Source of the DNA: Planctomycetota bacterium
GTDB lineage: Bacteria > Planctomycetota > PLA2 > JAEUHO01
Direction of reading: 5' to 3'
Length of the DNA stretch: 64,000 nucleotides
Assembly (NCBI GenBank): GCA_029213105.1
Contig: JARGNS010000001.1
Span: forward strand, 5,129-69,128
In this document: piece after piece, positions 49,748-58,093 of the stretch
Layout: each line of letters starts with the position of its first letter
Position numbering within the stretch: position 1 is the stretch's first letter
Position numbers and translations under genes: made by a program
The notes under the pieces: model-generated
Seen by the model: the letters and a program-made list of their open reading frames with translations, nothing else
What the model was told of the DNA's origin: nothing
The model's database searches: none

Positions 49748-49765
49748 TTGTGAATCAAGCCGTGG

Positions 49766-50743
49766 TCAGTCTCCGTACTGGCAGCGCTCGAAGGCGCCGC
49801 ACTTGCCGTAGCGGTGGTAGCACACGAGTTCGTTCTGGGTCATCGGCCAGATGGCGGCCTTGGGGTCGTCGATCTCGTGGACGAGTAGGTTCGCGAGGTC
49901 GTGCGCCTTCCGGTAGATCTGACCTGCGAACGCGGCGTCGCGCGCCGGGGTCGGCGGCACGAACTGCTTGCTCACGGTCCACGGCGACCGTCGCTGGACG
50001 AGGTTCAAGACCACGCCGCCGAAGGCGTCGCCGTACATCTGGCGACCCGCGATGCGGTTGACCGCGAACTGACCGTCCATCGAGTACTGCTCAGCCCGCG
50101 ACTTCCCGACCCCGCCCGCTGTGATCTTGTGGTCGTGGATGTAGCGGCGACCATCGTTGCGGTGGTCCATGACCGCGTCGAACCGCTTCGTCACCTCGAT
50201 GGGGTGGCCGTGCTTGAGCGCCGGGACGTTCGGATGCCCGTCACCAAGAGCGGGGCAGTCGAGAACCAACGGGTCCTTGAGCTTCTCGTCGATCCAGAGA
50301 CCGAACCGGCCGAGCTTGTCGTAGCCCAGCGTCAGCTTGGCGAGGGTCTCGACTGCGTGGACCCGGTCTCGGATCACCGGCTCGCGGCGGCGGTACTCGG
50401 TGAAGAGCGTCAGCGTGTTGCCGATGAAGCACGCGGCTTCGACGCCCTCAGCCTCGCGCCGGCGGGCCCACTCGCGGACAGCCTCCTCGGGGTCGAGGAA
50501 GTAGTCCGGGTCCTCGATCCACTCTCCCTCGTACTCGATGCCGCCGCGCTGGGCTTCGGTCCGGACGAGGTAGTGGGCGAGGAGCGTGTGACCCATAGAG
50601 CCCTGCGTCAGAGCGTCGGCGCTGCCGAACTTGACCTGATCTACCTGGATGAACTTCCACAGCTGGTCGCAGGTGAAAGCAGGTCCCCAGAAGCTCCAGC
50701 CTGTCCGAGACTTCCCGGTGTCGATGAGGATGGGCTCAGACAC
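49766..50743 (-). CDS. PD-(D/E)xK RecB/Cas4-family exonuclease-like protein with C-terminal Cys cluster
   Basis: 325 aa. Acidic motifs (GLWIDEKLK, YIHDHKIT) and C-terminal CYHRYGKCGAFERC. Confidence 0.4.
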   Translation of the reverse strand: MSEPILIDTGKSRTGWSFWGPAFTCDQLWKFIQVDQVKFGSADALTQGSMGHTLLAHYLVRTEAQRGGIEYEGEWIEDPDYFLDPEEAVREWARRREAEGVEAACFIGNTLTLFTEYRRREPVIRDRVHAVETLAKLTLGYDKLGRFGLWIDEKLKDPLVLDCPALGDGHPNVPALKHGHPIEVTKRFDAVMDHRNDGRRYIHDHKITAGGVGKSRAEQYSMDGQFAVNRIAGRQMYGDAFGGVVLNLVQRRSPWTVSKQFVPPTPARDAAFAGQIYRKAHDLANLLVHEIDDPKAAIWPMTQNELVCYHRYGKCGAFERCQYGD

Positions 50744-51758
50744 GCTGGACCCCCTCGAGGTACCACGTGCGGGCCGCGCGGACGACCTCGGCGGACACCT
50801 GCTTCCACGTGAGGTCGGAGGTCTCGAGTTCGTCCTTCGACTCCTTGGCGACGTCCTTGCAGACCCAGCCGATGAACACGCCGGTCTTCTTGATGTCGAA
50901 CTCGTCGCCGCACGCTTCGGTCAGACCCTGCTCGCAGCGAGGCGTAGTCACGAAGGTCTCGACGAACTCCTCGATGGACTTGAGAACCTCGACGTCCACC
51001 TCGACCGCGACCTTGGCCTTTTTGCCCTGGTGCTTCGCACCCTTCGCCTTGAAGAGGAGCTTGGGATCGAAGACCCCGTTGACGTCAGCGTACCAGACGT
51101 AGCCCTCGCCGTTCCCCTCAACGCCGAAGGTCTCCTTGACGTAGGGGTCGCAGACCTCGACCTGCTCGACCATGTCGTTGGCGAGGTTCTGGAGCTTCGC
51201 CACGTCGACCGCGGAGTTGAGATCGATGGCGATCTCGGAGTCGGGCGCCCACGGGAGGACCTTGTACGGCGGCGGGTTGTCGCACTGCGCGAGCAGCGAG
51301 AGAAGACCGTGCAGCTCGTCCTCGTCAAAGTACTTGTCCACGGCGCCATCGGGGTTGGTCATCTCGGCACCGAAGATGAAGAAGGTCTTCTCGGGGATGT
51401 CTTTCAGCGAGGTCTTGCCGTTGACGCCCGGGCCCGCCCACTCACCGTAGATGACGAGGACGTATTCGCCGAGGTCGCGGACACACTGCCAGTCGTACTG
51501 CGAAGCCCACGCGTAGAAGCCGCTGTTGTCGGCTTCGAGGCTCAGGTCTCGGTTGCGCGATTGGAAGTGAGCCCCCTCACTGTCGAGGCGGACGCCGGCG
51601 TTGGTGCCGTGGAGCTTGATCTTGGCGCGGTACCGCACGGTCGGAGGCGTCGCCCCGCATCGCGACTGAAGCATCTTCAGGTACTTCAGGACGTTGTGCA
51701 GGCCGCCGATGTCATGCCACTTCTTGAACTCACTCATGTCACACTCCTTCGAGAACAT
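50736..51758 (-). CDS. RNA ligase family protein (Rnl2-like nucleotidyltransferase)
   Basis: 340 aa. Motif I KIKLHGTNAG (compare T4 Rnl2 KIHGTN). Downstream EWAGPGV and KAKGAKH lysine motifs. Confidence 0.55.
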   Translation of the reverse strand: MFSKECDMSEFKKWHDIGGLHNVLKYLKMLQSRCGATPPTVRYRAKIKLHGTNAGVRLDSEGAHFQSRNRDLSLEADNSGFYAWASQYDWQCVRDLGEYVLVIYGEWAGPGVNGKTSLKDIPEKTFFIFGAEMTNPDGAVDKYFDEDELHGLLSLLAQCDNPPPYKVLPWAPDSEIAIDLNSAVDVAKLQNLANDMVEQVEVCDPYVKETFGVEGNGEGYVWYADVNGVFDPKLLFKAKGAKHQGKKAKVAVEVDVEVLKSIEEFVETFVTTPRCEQGLTEACGDEFDIKKTGVFIGWVCKDVAKESKDELETSDLTWKQVSAEVVRAARTWYLEGVQRV

Positions 51759-51996
51759 CGACCGTCAGACCGAGCTTGATGAACAGCTCCCACTCGTGAC
51801 TGCACCCCCGGCAGTACATCCACAGATCCTCCGCGACCCCGACAGAGGGGTAGCTGAGGTAGTCTTCCCCGAGGTCTCGGACGACCTCACGCCCGCACTC
51901 CGGACAGGGTTGCGTGATCTTCACGGGCAGGTAGCACCGCTTGATCTCCAGCGCGTATTCCTCGTCGCTGATCGTCACTTTGATCTTGTCGCTCAT
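51739..51996 (-). CDS. Zn-ribbon protein (85 aa)
   Basis: Internal ATG MSDKIKVTISDEEY.. with CPEC..CRGC. ATGA overlap with the thyX stop. Confidence 0.4.
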   Translation of the reverse strand: MSDKIKVTISDEEYALEIKRCYLPVKITQPCPECGREVVRDLGEDYLSYPSVGVAEDLWMYCRGCSHEWELFIKLGLTVDVLEGV

Positions 51997-52685
51997 CGCG
52001 TCTCCTCGAACAGCGCCGCGGTGTGCGGGAACTGCTCTGTGATGATGGTGTAGACAGCCTCGGCGTACTGTCGAATCTCCCACTGGGCGTGGGGGTCGAG
52101 GCGGAGGGTCAGGAAGCCCAGCCAGTTGCGCAGGTTCGCGGTCGCCCGCATCTGCGTGTAGCGGGAGACGGGCAGGGCCAGCCGCGCCAACTCCTTGGGT
52201 ACGCCGGACTCGATCGCCTCCAGGTAGGTCTTCGCAGTTGACGCCTGGTCGCACTCCAAGCGCCAGACGAAGTCGTAGGTGGAGCCCTCGGTCAGTGCCC
52301 GTGCTCCCCGCTTCGCCCCCGCCTGCTTGTTCGCACCGCCGTCGGCCATCACGCGGTCGACGGTCGGGACGTAGAACTCGAGGGGGACCTCACCGTAGCG
52401 CGCGCTCATCTCGTTGTACGACTGCGTCCGATGCCGGTGCCACTGCCTGAAGACGAAGACCGGGGCCTTCACTTCGAGCGTCATGCCGGCGAACTCGAAG
52501 GGGGTCGAGTGCTTGTTGACGTAGAGGTACCGCAGCAGGCGCTTGTCGCGCTCCCAGCCACGGAACGAGCCCTGCGTGGACTGGCGCGCCGCTTCGATGA
52601 TGCCCGCTTCCGGCACCCCCGCGTCACCGCTCCCGTGGGTCTCAACCAGGCGGACGAAGCCGCGGTCAAGGACGTCGATCTTCAT
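51993..52685 (-). CDS. thyX: Flavin-dependent thymidylate synthase ThyX
   Basis: RHRTQSYNEMSARY matches the ThyX RHRxxSxNExSxRY motif. Start taken at MKIDVLDRGF (the longer ORF begins at a TTG upstream). Confidence 0.8.
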   Translation of the reverse strand: MKIDVLDRGFVRLVETHGSGDAGVPEAGIIEAARQSTQGSFRGWERDKRLLRYLYVNKHSTPFEFAGMTLEVKAPVFVFRQWHRHRTQSYNEMSARYGEVPLEFYVPTVDRVMADGGANKQAGAKRGARALTEGSTYDFVWRLECDQASTAKTYLEAIESGVPKELARLALPVSRYTQMRATANLRNWLGFLTLRLDPHAQWEIRQYAEAVYTIITEQFPHTAALFEETR

Positions 52686-53091
52686 CGTGACTCCAGAACA
52701 TGTAGAGGTTTGTGACCCGCTCGAGGCCTTCGACGGTACCGCCCCACCCGACCGCTCGAGCAACCTCAGCCGCGGGCCGTCCGCAGATGCGGTGCAGCAC
52801 AGTCGCTGTCACGTCCGTACTGCGCTGACGGAGCCGGGGGCTGGCCGAGATGTCGGGCTCGATGCCGCGCAGCAGGTGGGGGAGGTCGTCTTCGACGAGT
52901 TCGATCGTCTTGGCGGAGTGGTCGCAAGCTCGGCACTCGCGGAGCCGGGCGTAGCCGGCGGACTCTGGGTGCTCCTTCGTGACGATGTCGGCCCACAGGA
53001 TGAGCGGCTTGCAGGTCGACCACTCATCGAGGTTGTCCTTGTCTCGGCCCTTCTTCTGGTAGAACCGCTCGCCACACTTTGGGCACTTCAC
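52666..53091 (-). CDS. Zn-finger protein (about 141 aa) with possible C-terminal HTH
   Basis: GTG start giving VKCPKCGERFYQ...ECRACDH. GTGA overlap with the upstream gene. The longer ORF N-terminus is Arg-rich junk. Confidence 0.35.
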   Translation of the reverse strand: MKCPKCGERFYQKKGRDKDNLDEWSTCKPLILWADIVTKEHPESAGYARLRECRACDHSAKTIELVEDDLPHLLRGIEPDISASPRLRQRSTDVTATVLHRICGRPAAEVARAVGWGGTVEGLERVTNLYMFWSHDEDRRP

Positions 53092-53546
53092 GGCGCACCG
53101 CCGTCGACGACGGCACGCGCCGCGTAAAAGGCGGCGTCCACCTCCCTGACAAAGGCCTTGAAGGAGGTGAGAGCGTCGCAGTTGTCGCACTGCCCGCCCG
53201 GACGGTGCCAAGACCGCTCGTCGTTGAAGTAGTCGAAGTCCTCAGGCAGCGACTGCAGCACCATCAGCGCGGCGCGTCCAGTATCTGATAACCAAGCGCC
53301 TCGCGGCGAGGTACCGTACTCGAGAAGATCGTTGCTGACCAACAACCCCCGCAAGAGGTCGGCGGCACCGTCGTCGTACTTGGCCCAGAACTCCAAACCC
53401 CTCTCCTCGAAGTAGGGCGTGGCTTCGAGGGCCTCTCGGACCCACTCGTACGCGCGCCCGTCGTACACCACAAGACTATCGTCGAGGCAACAGCCCGACA
53501 GGTAGACGAAGAGGCCGCGGGTGACCTCTGGAGTACATCTGGTCAT
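53088..53546 (-). CDS. Hypothetical protein (152 aa)
   Basis: Clean ORF. CDNC motif near the C-terminus. Confidence 0.4.
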   Translation of the reverse strand: MTRCTPEVTRGLFVYLSGCCLDDSLVVYDGRAYEWVREALEATPYFEERGLEFWAKYDDGAADLLRGLLVSNDLLEYGTSPRGAWLSDTGRAALMVLQSLPEDFDYFNDERSWHRPGGQCDNCDALTSFKAFVREVDAAFYAARAVVDGGAP

Positions 53547-54142
53547 GGCGTCTCCGGGTGGACTCGACCATCGGGCATGATCCAGCGAATGGACGGCGCT
53601 CCGACGTGACCGTGGCGCCAGACGAAGAAGCCGTAGTCGGCCGCGTCCGTCCCGCCGCCGGTGAACGACGGTCGACGGCAGAGCACGTAGACCTCGGAGA
53701 GCGGGGTCTCAGACCAGAACTTCGCCCTGCGCATGGTTGCGAGGAAGCTCAGTCGCAGGATGAAGCCCACCACCGGGGCCATCTCAAGCGACTGACGTAC
53801 CTGCACCTCCGCCGCGTAGAACGGCGGGTTGCCGACCACAGCGGTCACGCTGGGGTAGTCGTTCTCGACGAGGTGTGCGACCTCCTCGAACTTGCCGAGG
53901 TAGAACTCGTCGACGATGTCCTTACCGTCAGCCTCGGGGTCGAGGTCGACGCCGACCACGGTGGCCTTGCCTTTCGTGTGCTTGTAGACGGCGTTGACGA
54001 AGGCGCCGCCGCCTACGCTCGGCTCGACCACGGTGTGAAGCTCCTCTCGGTCGAGGAGGCCCACGAGCTGGTTGGCGAGGTAGTCGGGGGTGTAGTAACG
54101 GTCGAGCTTGTCACGCTCGCCGCCGCGGTTGGTTGCACTCAC
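53543..54142 (-). CDS. N6-adenine DNA methyltransferase (Dam-like, orphan)
   Basis: 199 aa. Motif I EPSVGGGAF. Motif IV GNPPF. N-terminal YYTP. Confidence 0.75.
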   Translation of the reverse strand: MSATNRGGERDKLDRYYTPDYLANQLVGLLDREELHTVVEPSVGGGAFVNAVYKHTKGKATVVGVDLDPEADGKDIVDEFYLGKFEEVAHLVENDYPSVTAVVGNPPFYAAEVQVRQSLEMAPVVGFILRLSFLATMRRAKFWSETPLSEVYVLCRRPSFTGGGTDAADYGFFVWRHGHVGAPSIRWIMPDGRVHPETP

Positions 54143-54351
54143 ACTTGCTCCATGAGTCTCATGAGAAGGGCGATGAAGGCGAGCAGCGCCGCCACATCGA
54201 GGCTGTTCAGCAGAACCCTAAGCCACTGGCGAGGAGTTCGCTTCTTGGGGATCGTCGGTGATCGGTAGTAGAGGTAGTGCGGGACTACCTTGATCACAGG
54301 CGCGACTTCCTCGGTCGAGTCGTCATGGGTCATTCGCTGGTCACTCGTCAC
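54139..54351 (-). CDS. Small membrane protein (70 aa)
   Basis: C-terminal hydrophobic helix LLNSLDVAALLAFIALLMRL. Confidence 0.35.
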   Translation of the reverse strand: MTSDQRMTHDDSTEEVAPVIKVVPHYLYYRSPTIPKKRTPRQWLRVLLNSLDVAALLAFIALLMRLMEQV

Positions 54352-57139
54352 CTCCGAAGAGCGACGCCAAGATTGACGCGCTCATTGCTTGTTTATCGTC
54401 CGTACCAAGTAGCTTTTCGCCCATGCCTTGGTACTGCTCGGCTTCCAGGAAGTCTCGGATCGGGATCATCTTGTCGGCGAGGATCCCAGCGATCTTCTCG
54501 TCGTAGGTGTGCTTGGCGAGGACCACCTTCAGGAGGGTCGGAGACCCACCGATGCGGTCGAAGCGCCCCTTCCACTGCTCGAAGTCACCGGGCCGCCAAG
54601 GCAGCATGGCGAAGAAGGCGAGGCTCGCGGTCTGGAGACCGTCCACCGACTCGCCGAAGGCCTGCCCCGTCCCGATGAGGATGCAGGGTCCGTCCGACTT
54701 GCGGAAGTCGGAGACCATGTCCTCACGCTCCCGCTCGTCGGTGCCTCCGTGACCCCACCATAGGTCGGGCATCCGGCCCCCGTAGAGGTTCTTCTTGACG
54801 TCCTTGACCAGCGCCTTGCGGACGAGGTCTGCCCAGTCCTCGCAGTCCTTACGGCGGGCGGTGAACAAGACGACCTTGCCGCCGCCGCGGAGACCCTCAA
54901 CGACCTCCTCGAGGATGTACCGGCGCTTGACAGACGCGGCCGCCATGAGGTTGGCCTCGATCGCCCGCTCCTTGTCGAAGTCGGTGCCGGTCGAGACCGC
55001 CTGCTTCTCAGCCGCGGCGATGATGCGCTTGAAGGCGCCGGGTCGGTTCTGGTCGGACTTGTCGAGCCACACGACCTGAACGCGGGTCGGCGGCAACTGG
55101 CCGTGCGACTCGGTGTGGGTGACCTCCTGCAGCATGTAGGAGGCGCGGGCCTTCAACTCGTCGAGGTTGCTGCTGCCCTTGTCGTTGAGTCCGCCGAACT
55201 CACCCGGCGTCGCCCCGCAGTACCGGAGCGCGAAGCTCCGGAAGCCCATCGAGAACGACCCCGGCGCCAGTAGGTCGAGCTGGCTCCACAGGCGCCGCGG
55301 GCGCCCGTCGTCCAGCGGGGTCGCCGTCAGACCGATGCGGAGCTTCAGGCTCGGCATGCGGCTGACCTCCATCGCTGCCACCGCCCGGGTCTCCCGGGTG
55401 TCCGTCGACGTCCGTCTCTTCTGGAAAGATACGGAGCCATCCCCCTCGTTGATCGGCTTCCAACGCTTCGCCTGTCCCAGATTGTGTGTCTCGTCGATGA
55501 TGAGCACCGACGCGCTGAGGTCCATGATCTGCTGGAGGTAGTCCGCCACCAACTGCATGCCGAATACCACGAACGGTCGGCGGCCCGCCAGGTTGCACTC
55601 GAGCAGGTACTCGTCGAGCGTCTGGTCTCCCTTCCGCATCTGCCCCTGAGGGATGACGCGGTAGGGGACGATGTTCGTGTACTCCTGGACTTGGTCCCAC
55701 CAGACGCGGCGCGCCTTGGCGGGTGCAACGACGCAGACCGAGCCGCCCCGCGTGAGCGAGGCGAGCATCGACGAGAGCGTCTTGCCGCTGTTGTGGACTA
55801 CGAAACCTTCGGCGACGTAGTGGTAGTGCGGCCCAGCCATCGAGATGTCGTAGGTGTCCTCCTCTCCGTACTCCTCGATCTTCTTGATCTCCTCCCACTT
55901 CACGCCGAAGAGTACATCCTTCGCACACGCCTCGTCACCGTGTCGCTTCGCGTGATCCCAGTGAGTGAGGACTTCGAGGTTGTCGGGGTGGTTGTTTTTC
56001 GAGTCGTGGTCGACGTGATGAACAGCGAACACTTTTGGGTCGATGAAGGTCAGTCCTTCGTGACAACCAGACCGGACTTTCTTAACGAACGCCTCGACGT
56101 CCATGCCTGAGGCCCGCGCTTCCGCCACCAGTCGATGCTGCGGCACTCTGCAGACAGTCGCAACGTGAGGGTACTTCTCCCCGCTGCGCCTCGTCAACGT
56201 GCGCTTCCTCTCGTACGTCGAAGCGTACGGGTGGTTTCGCACCCCGCGCTGCCGGTAACGTGTCCTACGCCCGCGGCCCCGCTTGCGATCGTTGTTACGC
56301 ACCTGGACGACGTCACCAACCCTCAGGTCTCTGAGTTCGCGGAACCCTTCCGGAGTCATGAACTTGTGGTCGAGCGTGGCTCTGATCGAGAACTCACCAG
56401 CCTCCACCGTCCACGTGACCTTCTTACCCGTAGGGAAGGCGTCCACTACGCGGTTGAGGCGGATGCGCTCGTCGATCACAGACTGAGCGTCTGTCGGAAT
56501 GTCGAGGATCCACTTCCTGCCGCGACCCGCGTCGGTCGCGAACCCACCCCGCAACGCCGAGGCGAGACCCTTGATGGTCACTTCAGTGCCCTTCCCGGCG
56601 CGGTTGATCTTCACTCGCGTTTCGCCGGACACGCATCCGGCGGGCATGCAGTAGAACGCCCACGGCCTGGTGGCCGCCCAGTATACCGCGCGAGCTTGGT
56701 AGTCGGTGACGAGGTCGAGGACGAACGGCTTGACCTCCCGCCGTTCGATCATCCCCTCGATGAGGGAGCGGCCGTAGACCGCCATGGTCTCGAGCATCTC
56801 GGGGTCGGTCGGCCACGCGAAGATGTCGTCGACGTTGACGGCTTCGACCACGCGGAAGTCGAGCCCCGCCTCAGCGAGGTGGTACTCGAACAGCCACGCG
56901 CAGTTGAGCGGCACGAAGCATCGGTAGTAGTCGAAGCTCTCGATGTCGACTTCGCCCGCCTCGCGGACCTTCTTGATGCGGTTCCACGTGCGGCTACCGT
57001 TGTGGTGACCGTACGCGAGGATGCCGGGGAGGCGGGCCTCCTCGTTCATCAGGAAGTTCGCGGCGCCGACACCGTCCGGCTGGACGACGTAGACGTACTG
57101 CGGTTGGTCCTTGAGGGGGCTGAACATCACATGCTCCAT
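54341..57139 (-). CDS. SNF2-family helicase interrupted by an intein in the Walker A motif
   Basis: Extein motifs: Walker A split as MPAG|...|SGKT, DExH LIIDETHNL, motif III GLTATPL, motif VI QWKGRFDRIGG. Start uncertain (57139 or 57127; the ORF track gives 57199). Confidence 0.8.
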   Translation of the reverse strand: MEHVMFSPLKDQPQYVYVVQPDGVGAANFLMNEEARLPGILAYGHHNGSRTWNRIKKVREAGEVDIESFDYYRCFVPLNCAWLFEYHLAEAGLDFRVVEAVNVDDIFAWPTDPEMLETMAVYGRSLIEGMIERREVKPFVLDLVTDYQARAVYWAATRPWAFYCMPAGCVSGETRVKINRAGKGTEVTIKGLASALRGGFATDAGRGRKWILDIPTDAQSVIDERIRLNRVVDAFPTGKKVTWTVEAGEFSIRATLDHKFMTPEGFRELRDLRVGDVVQVRNNDRKRGRGRRTRYRQRGVRNHPYASTYERKRTLTRRSGEKYPHVATVCRVPQHRLVAEARASGMDVEAFVKKVRSGCHEGLTFIDPKVFAVHHVDHDSKNNHPDNLEVLTHWDHAKRHGDEACAKDVLFGVKWEEIKKIEEYGEEDTYDISMAGPHYHYVAEGFVVHNSGKTLSSMLASLTRGGSVCVVAPAKARRVWWDQVQEYTNIVPYRVIPQGQMRKGDQTLDEYLLECNLAGRRPFVVFGMQLVADYLQQIMDLSASVLIIDETHNLGQAKRWKPINEGDGSVSFQKRRTSTDTRETRAVAAMEVSRMPSLKLRIGLTATPLDDGRPRRLWSQLDLLAPGSFSMGFRSFALRYCGATPGEFGGLNDKGSSNLDELKARASYMLQEVTHTESHGQLPPTRVQVVWLDKSDQNRPGAFKRIIAAAEKQAVSTGTDFDKERAIEANLMAAASVKRRYILEEVVEGLRGGGKVVLFTARRKDCEDWADLVRKALVKDVKKNLYGGRMPDLWWGHGGTDEREREDMVSDFRKSDGPCILIGTGQAFGESVDGLQTASLAFFAMLPWRPGDFEQWKGRFDRIGGSPTLLKVVLAKHTYDEKIAGILADKMIPIRDFLEAEQYQGMGEKLLGTDDKQAMSASILASLFGGDE
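55790..56635 (-). mobile_element. Intein (282 aa) with embedded HNH endonuclease, inserted in the SNF2 helicase P-loop
   Basis: Begins CVSGETRV directly after helicase ..YCMPAG. Ends ..GFVVHN followed by SGKT. HNH block HHVDHDSKNNHPDNLEVLTHWDH. Splicing would restore GxxGSGKT. Confidence 0.7.
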
Positions 57140-57573
57140 TCGAGGTGGTTTCTCGGCTTCAGCAGGCAGTCGCTCACGCGGATCAGCATCCGCTCGCAAG
57201 CGGTCGTGGCGGGGCGCGCCCGGTGGAGGTACGTGCCGGAGTACTCCCAGACGTACCCCTCTTCGAGCACCGCACCCCCGTCACCCTCGGTCGGAGTGCC
57301 TCCGAAGGTCAGCAGCCGGTGGGTCTCCCAAGCAGCCTCCTCTCCGTCAGCGTGCCAGCGGCAGTGGCCGAAGGACTCTCCGGCCGCAAGCGGCTGGCAC
57401 CAGTAGGTGACGGTCGGTCGCTCGAGACCCTTCGCCATCATCTCGACCACTTCCATGACCGCGGGGTCGAGGTAGTGCCCGGCGAAGGTGAGGGTGCTGT
57501 ACTTGAACTTCGCGAAGCGCCAGGCGCCCGGGTCGATGAAGACCCGGGCGCCGCGCCGCGCCTCAGTACCCAT
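57127..57573 (-). CDS. Hypothetical protein (148 aa)
   Basis: Clean ORF with Trp/His-rich composition. Confidence 0.4.
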   Translation of the reverse strand: MGTEARRGARVFIDPGAWRFAKFKYSTLTFAGHYLDPAVMEVVEMMAKGLERPTVTYWCQPLAAGESFGHCRWHADGEEAAWETHRLLTFGGTPTEGDGGAVLEEGYVWEYSGTYLHRARPATTACERMLIRVSDCLLKPRNHLEWSM

Positions 57574-58093
57574 ATTCGACGAACTCGGACTTGATCACGA
57601 CCTTGCCGTCGATGACCCGGATGGTCCCCTCGGTGTTCGTCTCGGTCACGAACTCGATGCCCGCCGTGATGAAGGCGAGGAACCCGTGGAAGGGCTCATC
57701 GTAGAGCGCCTTGCGCGCAGCCGCCTGCTCGGGGCTACCGTAATCGAGAGCGGAATACGCACGGTACTTCGCGACGAACTCCTTGGACACGCCCTTCTCA
57801 AGCGCGTCTTCGAGTCCCGCGTCGTCGTACCGGAGGTCCCACACCTCCATGTGCGAGACGCAGCCGTCCTCGTCGATGAACACGTAGTAGTCGTCGTTGA
57901 AGCCCGCGATGCCAGCGTACATCTGCGAGTGCGTGCAGGGATCGCCGTCGTTGAAGCCGGGCGTGTAGCCGCAGAAGACGATCGTCGGCAGGTCGACCAA
58001 CTCGCTCAGGCGAATGAGGTCCCGCTTCCACTGCGCCCCGAGGTCCATGTCGTTCCAGAACTTGCAGATCTTGGTTGCTTCGTCACTCATCAT
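57563..58093 (-). CDS. Hypothetical protein (176 aa)
   Basis: Clean ORF, acidic. Confidence 0.4.
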   Translation of the reverse strand: MMSDEATKICKFWNDMDLGAQWKRDLIRLSELVDLPTIVFCGYTPGFNDGDPCTHSQMYAGIAGFNDDYYVFIDEDGCVSHMEVWDLRYDDAGLEDALEKGVSKEFVAKYRAYSALDYGSPEQAAARKALYDEPFHGFLAFITAGIEFVTETNTEGTIRVIDGKVVIKSEFVEYGY

